Source of the DNA: an uncultured Candidatus Rokubacteria bacterium
Lineage (GTDB): Bacteria > Methylomirabilota > Methylomirabilia > Rokubacteriales > CSP1-6
Direction: 5' to 3'
Assembly (NCBI GenBank): GCA_963734175.1
Contig: CAVTGC010000005.1
Span: 6,329-70,328, forward strand
Length of the DNA: 64,000 nucleotides
Positions within the stretch are counted from its first letter, which is position 1; every line of letters begins with the position of its first letter. Positions 19,313 to 28,252 of the stretch are shown here, in pieces. The translations under genes and the position numbers were made by a program. The notes under the pieces were generated by a model, which was not told the DNA's origin, made no database searches, and was given only the letters and a program-made list of their open reading frames with translations.

Positions 19313-19873
19313 ATGCGACGTCGCTTTGCGTGGCTCGTCGCCGCCACGCTCGGGGTGGGGGCGACGGCCGCGCCGGCGGCCGAGCCGGTCTGGGAGGCGC
19401 TGCGCACCCCCGGCAGCGTGGTGGTGCTCCGCCACAGCTACGCGCCCGGCTCCTTCGATCCGCCGGATGCCCGCCTGGACGACTGCTCGACCCAGCGCAA
19501 CCTCGACGAGGCCGGCCGTGCCCAGGCCCGCCGCGTCGGCGACGCGTTCCGGCTGAACGGCATCACCGTGGGGATGGTGCTGTCGAGCCCGCGATGCCGG
19601 TGTCTCGATACCGCGCGCCTGGCGTTCGGTCGAGCCGAGGCCTGGAACGTGCTGCAGGGGGCGCTGCAGGACACCGAGCTGCGCCGGCGCCTGCTGACCG
19701 GGGTTCGCGCGCGCGTCGCCGAGCATCGCGAGGGGCCGCCGCTGGTGCTGGTCACCCACGGCTCGGTCGTCAGCGACCTGACCGGCCTCGACGTCCGCAT
19801 GGGCGCCTTCGTGGTCTTGCGGCGGGGAGCGGACGGGACGCACGCGGTGGCGGGACAGCTCTATGTGGACTGA
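19313..19873 (+). CDS. Histidine phosphatase (phosphoglycerate mutase) family, exported
   Basis: VLRHSYAPG, RNLDEAGRAQA, SSPRCRC.DTA and LVTHG motifs; signal peptide. Confidence 0.85.
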   Translation: MRRRFAWLVAATLGVGATAAPAAEPVWEALRTPGSVVVLRHSYAPGSFDPPDARLDDCSTQRNLDEAGRAQARRVGDAFRLNGITVGMVLSSPRCRCLDTARLAFGRAEAWNVLQGALQDTELRRRLLTGVRARVAEHREGPPLVLVTHGSVVSDLTGLDVRMGAFVVLRRGADGTHAVAGQLYVD

Positions 19874-20246
19874 GGGCCGCCGGCGGCTCGGCGGTGCCGT
19901 GCTCGGCCTGGCGCTGGTGGGCGCGGCAACGCCCGCCGCCTCGCAGGTGTACCGTTCCGCCGAGGAGCGGTTCTTCAAGCTCGAGTGGCAGCTGGAGCGC
20001 GCCGGTGACCGCGACGCGGCGATCGTGGGGGTGCTGGACAACCCGTATCTGTACCGGCTGCAGCGCGTCCAGCTCCACGTGCAGGTTCTGGACGCCAACG
20101 GCCAGACCGTCCACGAGGCCTCGGCGCCCATGAGCGACGTGCCGCCGGGCGGCCGCGCCAGCTTTCGACTGCCGCTCCCGGACCCCGGCGCCCGGTACGT
20201 GGTGACCGTGCACGCCTTCGAGTTCGGTCCCGGCGAGAGCCCCTAG
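19863..20246 (+). CDS. Exported hypothetical protein, FxLYD-like Ig fold
   Basis: Signal peptide; IVGVLDN...VQLHVQVLDANG...DVPPGGRASFRL beta pattern. Confidence 0.55.
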   Translation: MWTEGRRRLGGAVLGLALVGAATPAASQVYRSAEERFFKLEWQLERAGDRDAAIVGVLDNPYLYRLQRVQLHVQVLDANGQTVHEASAPMSDVPPGGRASFRLPLPDPGARYVVTVHAFEFGPGESP

Positions 20247-20249
20247 CCG

Positions 20250-21347
20250 CTAGTCGAACGTCAGCACCGTCCGCGCGACCTCGCCGGCCTTCATGGCCCG
20301 GAACGCATCGTTGATGTCGCCGAGCTTCCCGCGCCGCGTGACCATCTCGTCGAGGAGCAGCCGGCCCTGGCGGTAGAACTCGAGATAGCGGGGGATGTCG
20401 GTCCGGAACTGGTTGGAGCCCATGCGCGAGGTCTGCACCTTGCACTCCGGGCGGATCGCCATCCACGGGAACTCGATCATCGCGTCGGGCGGGAGCACGC
20501 CGACGATGGTCGCGGTGCCGCGGATGGCCAGGCTCTCGATGGCCTGGCGCACCAGCGTCGTGTTGCCGACCGCCTCGAACGCGTGGTCGACGCCGGCGCC
20601 GCCGGTGAGGGCGCGGATGGCCTTGACCGGATCGTCCTTGGCGCTGTTGACGACGTGGGTGGCGCCGACCCGCGTGGCCATCTCCAGCTTGCCGTCGAAC
20701 ATGTCGACGCCGATGATCCGGCTGGCCCCGCCGATGCGCGCGCCCTGCACGATGGCCAGCCCCACGCCGCCGCACCCGAACACCGCCACGGTCTGGCCGC
20801 CCTGCAGGCCGGACGTCCGCAGCGCGGCGCCGACGCCGGTGAGGACGCCGCAGCCGACCAGCGCGGCCCGGTCCAGTGGCAGGTCGGCGTCGATCTTCAC
20901 CAGCGAGTTCTCGTGCAGCAGCATGCGCTCGGCATAGCTGCCGATGGCGGCGAACTGCTGGAGCCCCTGGCCGCGCTGGGACAGCCGCGGCGCCGCCGAC
21001 GCGGCGCGGGTGACCACGCCGCCCACGCACAGGTTGGGGTGGCCGCCCAGGCACTGCGCGCACGTCCCGCAGAAGCCGGACAGGCACGCGACCACGTGGT
21101 CGCCCGGCCGCACCGTCGTGACCTCGGCGCCGACCGCCTCCACGACCCCGGCGCCCTCGTGGCCGAGCACGAACGGCCGGTCCAGCGCGTAACGCGACTG
21201 CCCCTCCACCACGTGCAGGTCGCTGTGGCAGACGCCGGTGGCGGCGGTGCGCACCAGCACCTCGCGCCCCCACGGCTTGTCGACCTCGACCGTCTCGACC
21301 GTGAGCGGCTCGTGCACCTTGCGGAAGACGGCGGCCTGCATGTCCAT
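20250..21347 (-). CDS. Zn-dependent alcohol dehydrogenase (class III-like)
   Basis: GVCHSDLH, GHEGAG, CGTCAQC, VFGCGGVG. Confidence 0.92.
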   Translation of the reverse strand: MDMQAAVFRKVHEPLTVETVEVDKPWGREVLVRTAATGVCHSDLHVVEGQSRYALDRPFVLGHEGAGVVEAVGAEVTTVRPGDHVVACLSGFCGTCAQCLGGHPNLCVGGVVTRAASAAPRLSQRGQGLQQFAAIGSYAERMLLHENSLVKIDADLPLDRAALVGCGVLTGVGAALRTSGLQGGQTVAVFGCGGVGLAIVQGARIGGASRIIGVDMFDGKLEMATRVGATHVVNSAKDDPVKAIRALTGGAGVDHAFEAVGNTTLVRQAIESLAIRGTATIVGVLPPDAMIEFPWMAIRPECKVQTSRMGSNQFRTDIPRYLEFYRQGRLLLDEMVTRRGKLGDINDAFRAMKAGEVARTVLTFD

Positions 21348-21357
21348 TCTGTTTTCC

Positions 21358-22509
21358 TCAGGCTCGCGTGGTCGCGGCCGTGTAGTGCGGCATCACCTCT
21401 GCGGCGAACAGCTCGATCGAGCGCATCGCTTGCTCGTGGCTCAGGTCGCCCCACTGGAACGAGCACACGAAGTAGTTGGCGCCGGTCGCCACGTACTCGT
21501 CCATGTACTCGCGCACGGCGGCGGGCGTGCCGGCCAGGGCCACGCCGCCCAGGCGGTTGGGATGCTCGCGGCGGGCGGCCTGGTCGAAGCGCTCCAGCTC
21601 GGAGTCGATGTCCCGGCGCGTCTCCCGCGAGGGCAGTCCGGCCGGACGGTCGCCGACGAAGCCGAACGAGCCGTCCTTCGTGGACTGGAACTGCGTGAGC
21701 CCGCGCTTCTCCGCCTCCAGCCGACGCGGTGCCGCCAGGTTCCAGCGGTACTTCTCCCAGGCCGGCTTGGCCGCGGCCATCGCTTCCTCGTTGGTCTCGG
21801 CCACGACCAGGTGGACGACGAGGCCGATCATCGGCCGGTCGCCCTGGGCGGTGCGGCCGTCGGTGCCCTGGTGCTCTTCCCAGGCGGCCCGGTAGCGCGG
21901 CACCGCGGCGGCGAGGCCGTCGAGGGAGCCGACGATGATCGTGTGCATGCCCTCCATGGCCGCCGTCACCGGGTTGCGCATGTACCAGAGCGGCGGATAC
22001 GGCGCCTGCAGCGGCCGCAGGTACATCGGCAGCGCCTCGAAGCTGTGGAAGCGGCCGGCGTAGGTGAGGTGATCGTGGCTGAGCCCTTCCTTGATGATGG
22101 CCAGCGTCTCGAGGTAGCGCGCGTAGTTCGTCTCGGAGTCGGCCTCCTGGCCCCAGAAGAACGCCTCCATGACGCCGCCGCGCCCGACGCCGATCTCGAG
22201 GCGTCCGTCGGAGAGGTTGTCGAGCATGCTGATCTCCTCGATCAGCCGCAGCGGATGGTGCAGCGGCAGCACGTACACGCAGGGGCCGAAGCGCAGGCGG
22301 CGGGTGCGCTGGGCCACCGCGGCCAGGAACACGTTCTGGGAGGGAGCCAGGCTATGGATGGCCGGCGTGTGGTGCTCGGCCAGGTGGTAGGCGTGGAAGC
22401 CGGCCGCGTCGAGGCGCTCGACCTGCAATAGCCGCTCGCGGTAGATCCGGTCCAGGCGCAGGCCCGGCACCGGCTCGATGTGATCGAAGACCCCGAATCG
22501 CAGCGTCAT
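21358..22509 (-). CDS. Luciferase-like (LLM) flavin-dependent oxidoreductase
   Basis: HLAEHH, HPLRLIEE...LDNLSDGRLEIGVGRG. Confidence 0.9.
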   Translation of the reverse strand: MTLRFGVFDHIEPVPGLRLDRIYRERLLQVERLDAAGFHAYHLAEHHTPAIHSLAPSQNVFLAAVAQRTRRLRFGPCVYVLPLHHPLRLIEEISMLDNLSDGRLEIGVGRGGVMEAFFWGQEADSETNYARYLETLAIIKEGLSHDHLTYAGRFHSFEALPMYLRPLQAPYPPLWYMRNPVTAAMEGMHTIIVGSLDGLAAAVPRYRAAWEEHQGTDGRTAQGDRPMIGLVVHLVVAETNEEAMAAAKPAWEKYRWNLAAPRRLEAEKRGLTQFQSTKDGSFGFVGDRPAGLPSRETRRDIDSELERFDQAARREHPNRLGGVALAGTPAAVREYMDEYVATGANYFVCSFQWGDLSHEQAMRSIELFAAEVMPHYTAATTRA

Positions 22510-22588
22510 GGCGCCTCCTCGCTGGCCCCGAGCTCAAGCGCCCAATGATAGACTGCCCGTGCCCCGTCGGGGAGGAGGAGTCTGGCCC

Positions 22589-23437
22589 ATGAATATCGGG
22601 ATCTCCGTGCCGCTGCCCGCCTACAACGTGGACGTCGCCTTCATGGCGCGCACGGCCGAGCAGCTCGGCTTCGAGTCGTTCTGGTGCGCCGAGCACCCGT
22701 TCATCCCCGTGAACACGACCAGCCGGTTCCCCGGCTCCGAGGACGGCGTCATCCCCGAGAGCTACTCGCACTTCGTCGATCCGTTCGTGGCGCTGGCCCG
22801 CGCCTCCGGCGCGACGACGAAGATCAAGCTGGGGACGGGCATCGTGCTGGTGCCGGAGCGCAACCCGCTCCTGCTGGCCAAGGAGATCTCCACCCTCGAC
22901 CTGTTCAGCGGCGGCCGCTTCCTGTTCGGGATCGGCGCCGGCTGGCTGCGCGAGGAAACGCAGATCATGGGCGGCGACTTCGACCACCGCTGGAGCCAGA
23001 CGCGCGAGTCGATCCTGGCCATGAAGGAGCTGTGGACGAAGCCTCAGGCCGAGTTCCACGGCAAGTACTACGATTTCCCGCTCGTGAAGTCCAACCCCAA
23101 GCCGGCCCAGAAGCCGCATCCGCCGGTGATCCTGGGCGGTCACGCGAAGACCGTGCTCGAGCGCGTGGTGGCGTGGGGCGATGGCTGGCTGCCGAACCGG
23201 ACCACGCCCGAGCAGCTGGTCGAGAGTCGGCGCACGCTCGACCGGCTGGCCAAGGACGCCGGGCGCGATCCGGCCGCCATCACGATCTCCGTGCACGGCC
23301 AGCCGGCCGACCGCGATCTCCTCCGACGCTTCCACGACGCCGGCGCCACCCGCGTGATCGTGCGGCCGCCGACGGTCAAGACGGAGGCCGAGATGGGCGT
23401 GGAGCTGACGAAGATCGCCGAGGCGGTGCTGCGGTAG
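22589..23437 (+). CDS. LLM-class, probably F420-dependent oxidoreductase (Rv2161c-like)
   Basis: WCAEHPFIP, DPFVALARA, LDLFSGGRFLFGIGAGWLREE; TGA-TAGACT extended -10 at 22546-22554. Confidence 0.88.
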   Translation: MNIGISVPLPAYNVDVAFMARTAEQLGFESFWCAEHPFIPVNTTSRFPGSEDGVIPESYSHFVDPFVALARASGATTKIKLGTGIVLVPERNPLLLAKEISTLDLFSGGRFLFGIGAGWLREETQIMGGDFDHRWSQTRESILAMKELWTKPQAEFHGKYYDFPLVKSNPKPAQKPHPPVILGGHAKTVLERVVAWGDGWLPNRTTPEQLVESRRTLDRLAKDAGRDPAAITISVHGQPADRDLLRRFHDAGATRVIVRPPTVKTEAEMGVELTKIAEAVLR

Positions 23438-23438
23438 G

Positions 23439-24350
23439 TCAGCCGACCAGCACGCAACCGACCGGCGGCAGCCCCTTGGCGGCCAGCTCCCAGCGCGCGC
23501 CGGCGTCGAGCGAGCGGTAGACGCGACCGTCGCTGGTGCCGAACACGACGAGCGGGCCGGCGGCGGCCAGGCACGCGGTGTCGATGTTGTCGTCGAACCA
23601 CCGCGGTAGCCCCGTCTCGCAGCGCTCGAATCGCGTGCCGCCCTCGAGCGGCCTCCGGTAGATGGCCGACCGTCGCCCGTGGAAGCCGGCCGAGGCCGAG
23701 ACCAGCACGTCCTCACCGGCCACCGCGACCGCGCGCAGGTAGTGCGCGTGCAGGCCGGCCGTCGCGAACTGCCAGGTGTCGCCGCCGTCGCGGCTGAGCC
23801 CGAAGCCGTCGGCCGCGGCGAGCAGCACGACTCCGGGGCGCGTGGGATGGGCGAGCACCTGGTGGACGTCGACCTCGATGTCGACGGTCGGCGCCCACGA
23901 CGTGCCGGCGTCGCGCGAGCGCGCGACGCCGCCGACGTGGACGTTGACGTGCACGGTGCCGTCGCCGGCGACCGAGAGGGAGCGCACGTCGGCCGGATCT
24001 CCCCACGGCGTGTACCAGGCGGCCCGACCCTCGACGCCCTCGAACGACTCGACGCGCGCGAGCCCCCCCGCGGTCAGACGCAGCAGGTGCCCCCGCTCGG
24101 TGCCGACCAGCACGCCGCCGTCGGCCGCCGCCACGCACGTCGCCGGCGGGCCGTCGAGCGTGGCGCGCGCTGTCCAGGCGCCGTCCCGCCCCTCCCACAA
24201 CGCCGTGCCGTCCACGATGACCCACGTCCGTGGACCATCGAGCGCCAGCGCGGTGACGGCGTGGCCGGCCAGCGCCTCCACCGACCGGGCACCGTCGCCC
24301 GTGAGGTCCCACAGCCCGCCTGCGGTGCCGACGAGGATGCTCGGCTCCAT
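23439..24350 (-). CDS. BNR/Asp-box beta-propeller hypothetical protein
   Basis: Asp-box repeats SRDAGTSW, SRDGGDTW and SLDAGARW. Confidence 0.7.
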   Translation of the reverse strand: MEPSILVGTAGGLWDLTGDGARSVEALAGHAVTALALDGPRTWVIVDGTALWEGRDGAWTARATLDGPPATCVAAADGGVLVGTERGHLLRLTAGGLARVESFEGVEGRAAWYTPWGDPADVRSLSVAGDGTVHVNVHVGGVARSRDAGTSWAPTVDIEVDVHQVLAHPTRPGVVLLAAADGFGLSRDGGDTWQFATAGLHAHYLRAVAVAGEDVLVSASAGFHGRRSAIYRRPLEGGTRFERCETGLPRWFDDNIDTACLAAAGPLVVFGTSDGRVYRSLDAGARWELAAKGLPPVGCVLVG

Positions 24351-24382
24351 GTCCAAATGATACTCTCGGGCGCCAGGGCGCC

Positions 24383-25180
24383 ATGAAGACCGACCTGCTC
24401 CTGATGCCGATGGGTGCGCGCTGGGCCGACATGCGTGCCGCCGCGCTCGCCGCCGAGGCGGCGGGGTTCGACGGCCTGTGGACGTGGGATCACCTGCGCG
24501 ATCCCGACGACGACGGCACCGGGCCCGGTGTGCCGGAGGCGTGGACCGTCCTCACCGCGCTGGCCGAGGTCACCCGCCGCGTGATGCTGGGGCCGCTCGT
24601 GCTGAACGTCGCCAACCGCCACCCGGGCGTGCTGGCCAACATGGCGGCGACGCTGCAGACGGTCTCGGGCGGGCGGCTCTTGCTGGGGCTGGGCGCCGGG
24701 GGCAGCCGCCGCACACCCTACGCCGTCGAGCAGGCGGCGATCGGTCAGGGCGTCGAGCGCGACGCAGTTCGTGCCCAGCGCGTGGTCGACGCCATCGCGC
24801 TGATCCGCACGCTCTGGGCGGGTGAGGCGGGGTTCCTCCGGCCGGCGCCGCCACCGCCGATCGTCGTGGGCGGCTTCGGTCCCCGCATGGCGGCGATCGC
24901 CGGCCGCCATGGCGACGGCTTCAACACGCAGGCCTTGCATCCGCAGCTCGCCGATCTCCTGCGCGTCGCGCGGGACGAGCACGGCAAGTCCGGGCGCGCG
25001 GCGTCGGGCTTCGTGGCGACGGTGTTCGCGGGGCTGGAGGATCGCTGGTTGCGCGCCGACTCGCGCGCCCGCCAGATGGTCGAGCGGGCCGGCGTCGACC
25101 GGCTGATCCTGCTGGTGGCCCCGCCGTTCGATCCGGGGCAGATCCAGCAGGCGGGACGGGTGCTCGGCGCTCGGCCCTGA
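24383..25180 (+). CDS. LLM-class flavin-dependent oxidoreductase
   Basis: LWTWDHL, EAWTVLTALA, NRHPGVLANMAATLQTVSGGRLLLGLGAG. Confidence 0.85.
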   Translation: MKTDLLLMPMGARWADMRAAALAAEAAGFDGLWTWDHLRDPDDDGTGPGVPEAWTVLTALAEVTRRVMLGPLVLNVANRHPGVLANMAATLQTVSGGRLLLGLGAGGSRRTPYAVEQAAIGQGVERDAVRAQRVVDAIALIRTLWAGEAGFLRPAPPPPIVVGGFGPRMAAIAGRHGDGFNTQALHPQLADLLRVARDEHGKSGRAASGFVATVFAGLEDRWLRADSRARQMVERAGVDRLILLVAPPFDPGQIQQAGRVLGARP

Positions 25181-25192
25181 GCGCCGCTGGCG

Positions 25193-26014
25193 TCAGCGCC
25201 CGGCCACGCGCACGAGGTGCTCGCGGCCGGCCAGCATGTCGTCCAGCGAGCCGAAGGCCAGCATGTAGTGGCCGCGGTAGCCGCCGTCCTCGAGCCGAGC
25301 GAACAGGCGGCCGAAGTCGATCGTGCCCTGGCCGGGCTTCAGATGCTCCTCCCACCGGCCGTGGCTGTCGGCCAGGCGCACCTCGCCGCAGCGGCCGACC
25401 TCCATGGCGTCGAGGAAGCCGTCGATCCCCTCCGGCACCAGGTGGGCGTGGTTCACCGTGAAGGCCCAGCCGAGGCTGGCCGAGCGGATGCGACCGAAGT
25501 ACTCGCGGCACTCCACCAGGTTGTGGGCGAGGTAGCGCACCTCGGCGTGCTCGGGCTCGCGATTGAGATTCTCCAGCAACAGGCGCGCCCCGGCCCGCTC
25601 GGCGTGCGTCGCCGCCCGCTGCAGCCGCTCGACGCTGGCGGCCAGCCGCGCCGCGTAGTCACCGGTGAAGTGATAGCCGCCGTGCACGACGATCCACGCG
25701 GCGCCGAGCCGCCCCGCCACCTCGACGTAGGTCTTCAGATATTGCTCGGCCGCGTCGGCCAGCAGCGGCGAGGTCTCGGCGATGTTCACGGCCGAGGCGG
25801 AGTGCAGGCCGAGGTGGATGCGATGGCGCTCGCAGGTGGCGCGCACGGCGGCGGCGCGCTCGGCCGTCCACGAGGCGGGCGCGTTGGGATGGTCGGGGGC
25901 GCCCTCCAGGCAGGCGTCCACGTAGTGCACGTCGTGATCGGCCGCCCAGGCCAGGCCGTCCTCGAGGCGGCGGCGGCCGCCGAGGTCGACGCCGATGCGC
26001 TCGCGGAGGGTCAC
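25193..26014 (-). CDS. Sugar-phosphate isomerase/epimerase (AP endonuclease 2 TIM barrel) family
   Basis: IVVHGG, LLLENLN, NHAH, RLAD and EEHL.PGQGTIDF metal-binding pattern; GTGA-coupled to comE. Confidence 0.75.
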   Translation of the reverse strand: MTLRERIGVDLGGRRRLEDGLAWAADHDVHYVDACLEGAPDHPNAPASWTAERAAAVRATCERHRIHLGLHSASAVNIAETSPLLADAAEQYLKTYVEVAGRLGAAWIVVHGGYHFTGDYAARLAASVERLQRAATHAERAGARLLLENLNREPEHAEVRYLAHNLVECREYFGRIRSASLGWAFTVNHAHLVPEGIDGFLDAMEVGRCGEVRLADSHGRWEEHLKPGQGTIDFGRLFARLEDGGYRGHYMLAFGSLDDMLAGREHLVRVAGR

Positions 26015-26583
26015 GCCCGTGCGGCGTCGGCCAGGGCCTGGCCGAATCGCGCGGCGATCTCCCGGCCCGAGTAGGGCGGCAGCGGCGCCGGCGCGGCGGG
26101 CCGCTCGCTGGCGACGGCGACGATGACACGAGCGCCGCCTCGCGCGAGCCACGCGTCGAGGGCCTCGCCGAGCGCGGCCGGCGTGTCGACACGCTGGGCG
26201 GCCAGGCCGCAGCCGCGGGCGACGGCCGCCAGGTCGGTCCCGGCCGAGGTCGCGGTCGGCTGATAGCCGGTGGCGCCGTGCGATCCGTTGTCGACGACCA
26301 GGTGCAGGTAGTTGGGCGGCGCGTAGCGGCCCTCGGTCGGCAGGCTGCCGAGGTTATAGAGAAGGGCGCCGTCGCCGTTGAGCACGATGACCCGCTCGGA
26401 GCGCGACAGGGCCAGGCCGAGGCCGATCGAGGGGGCCAGGCCGAACGAGCCGAGCATGTAGAAGTTCCGCGGCCGATCCTTCAGGCTGCACAGCTCGAAG
26501 CTGGCGTCGGCGATGTTGGAGACCACGATGACGTCGTCGGCGATGCGCGCCAGCACCGCCCGGATCACGTCGGGCCGGGTCAC
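26011..26583 (-). CDS. comE: Sulfopyruvate decarboxylase beta subunit (ThDP-binding)
   Basis: RPRNFYMLGSFGLAPSIGLGLA; ThDP motif GDGALLYN...VVDNGSHGATG.Q.T. Confidence 0.68.
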   Translation of the reverse strand: MTRPDVIRAVLARIADDVIVVSNIADASFELCSLKDRPRNFYMLGSFGLAPSIGLGLALSRSERVIVLNGDGALLYNLGSLPTEGRYAPPNYLHLVVDNGSHGATGYQPTATSAGTDLAAVARGCGLAAQRVDTPAALGEALDAWLARGGARVIVAVASERPAAPAPLPPYSGREIAARFGQALADAARA

Positions 26584-27110
26584 CAGGGGCTCCAGAACGT
26601 CCGCTTGCTCAGGAAGGCCACGCTGGTCCGGTGGCGGCGGTGGGCCTCCAGCTCGACCTCGAAGCGCAGGGCGTCGGCGGGCTTCTCGAGCAGGACCACC
26701 CGGATGCCGAGGAGCTCGAGCAGGCGCTCGGTGCGGTCGCCCATGGGGATCTGGGCCGGCACGCGCTCGAGCTCGTCGCCCCGGTACGTCACGATCAGAC
26801 ACAGCGGGAGACCGTAATGGAGGTTCAGCGAGCAGTAGGCGTTGACCATGTTGCCGAGGCCGGAGTTCTGCAGCAGCATCACGGCTCCGCGCCCGGCCAG
26901 GGCCGCGCCGGCCGCGATACCGAGCCCCTCCTCCTCCCGGCTGGGGTACATCAGCGTGAAGCGCGGATCCTGCTCGGCCTCCACGATGAGGCGCGCGATG
27001 TACTTGCAGGGCACGGTGACCGCCAGGTCGATACCGTTGCGGGCCAGCGTATCGAGCACGACCATCTCGACCGGTCGATCCAGCGTGCGCGGACGAGCGT
27101 AAGTAGTCAT
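26580..27110 (-). CDS. comD: Sulfopyruvate decarboxylase alpha subunit
   Basis: TVPCKY, SREEEGLGIAAGAALAG, LQNSGLGNMVNA, YRG..E..PAQIPMG. Confidence 0.68.
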   Translation of the reverse strand: MTTYARPRTLDRPVEMVVLDTLARNGIDLAVTVPCKYIARLIVEAEQDPRFTLMYPSREEEGLGIAAGAALAGRGAVMLLQNSGLGNMVNAYCSLNLHYGLPLCLIVTYRGDELERVPAQIPMGDRTERLLELLGIRVVLLEKPADALRFEVELEAHRRHRTSVAFLSKRTFWSPW

Positions 27111-27187
27111 CGGGCGCGAATCTATCACCCGGGGCGGCGCCCCGCGTCGGGGAAACCCCCACACCACCCCCGGGGGCCGGGGACGCC

Positions 27188-28123
27188 TCAGCGGGCGCCG
27201 GGTCGGTTGCGCCGGACGGCCTCCGGGTTGGTGGAGTCGGCCCCCATGTAGATACCCTTCTCCCACGTGCGCTTGAGGGGATCCCGCACGTTCAGCCGCA
27301 TGCGGCCGATGCCGTGGATCTCGAAGTCGACCACCTCACCGTCCTGCAGCGGCCCCAGCCCCTCGTGGTTGGTGCCGCACGCGATGAGGTCCCCGGAGTT
27401 GAGGGTCATGATGCCGCTGGCGAACTCGACCAGGGCCGGCACCAGGTGCTCCATGTCGTCGGTGTTGTAGTTGTGGCGGAGCTGGCCGTCCACCCAGAAC
27501 TGCACGTGGACGTCGTTGGGGTTGGCGATCTCGTCCAGCGTGGCGATGCAGGGGCCGATCGGCGCGAAGGTGTCGAACGACTTGCCGAGCCAGCTCCCGG
27601 CCTTCCACGTCCGCCGGCCCTCGCCGCGCGCGGAGACGTCGATCATGCCGGTGTAGCCGAACACGGCGCGCCGCCAGTCGGCCTGCCGGACGTGCTTGGC
27701 CGGGCCCTTGATGACGAGCGCCAGCTCCGCCTCGTGCATGAAGATCCACGGCTCGGTCATCTCCGGCAGCACGATCGTGTCGCCGGGGCCGATCACGGCG
27801 TCGGGGTTCTTGAGGAACATGTTGAGCGCGCGCGGCTCGAGCGCTCCGTGCTCCCAGTAGTTGGCGATGCAGGCCAGGATCTTGCCGGGGCGAGGCAAGG
27901 GCGCGCGCAGCCGGACCTCGTCGAGCGGCCGGGCGGGGCCGGAGCGGGCCAGCCGCTCCAGCGCGGGGCGCAGCCGATCGAACTCGTCGATGAGGCCTTG
28001 CATCGTCGCCTGGGGCGTGTGGCCGGCCCGCACCGCTTCCGCAACGGACACGACGCCGCGCTCGGTCAGCAGTCCCGGCACGGGCTCGCGACCTGCCGCG
28101 GGTTCGAAGAGCACGAGTCTCAT
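27188..28123 (-). CDS. Fumarylacetoacetate hydrolase family protein
   Basis: PGKILACIANY, FLKNPDAVIGPG, HEAELALVI, KSFDTFAPIGP. Confidence 0.9.
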   Translation of the reverse strand: MRLVLFEPAAGREPVPGLLTERGVVSVAEAVRAGHTPQATMQGLIDEFDRLRPALERLARSGPARPLDEVRLRAPLPRPGKILACIANYWEHGALEPRALNMFLKNPDAVIGPGDTIVLPEMTEPWIFMHEAELALVIKGPAKHVRQADWRRAVFGYTGMIDVSARGEGRRTWKAGSWLGKSFDTFAPIGPCIATLDEIANPNDVHVQFWVDGQLRHNYNTDDMEHLVPALVEFASGIMTLNSGDLIACGTNHEGLGPLQDGEVVDFEIHGIGRMRLNVRDPLKRTWEKGIYMGADSTNPEAVRRNRPGAR

Positions 28124-28252
28124 GCCGACCTCCTGACGTCGATGGTCTCGGATGCGCTGCGACGCGAACCCGCACTGGCACCAGCCGACCGACGTCTACG
28201 CGGAGTTCTCCGAGGCCGACTTCCGCCACGACCCCGCCCGCCCAGCCGTAGC

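Noticed and set aside
25193-27110. Coenzyme M biosynthesis or methanogen-like metabolism
   Set aside because: Only comDE-like genes are present. There are no comA, comB, comC or CoM-using enzymes in the window.
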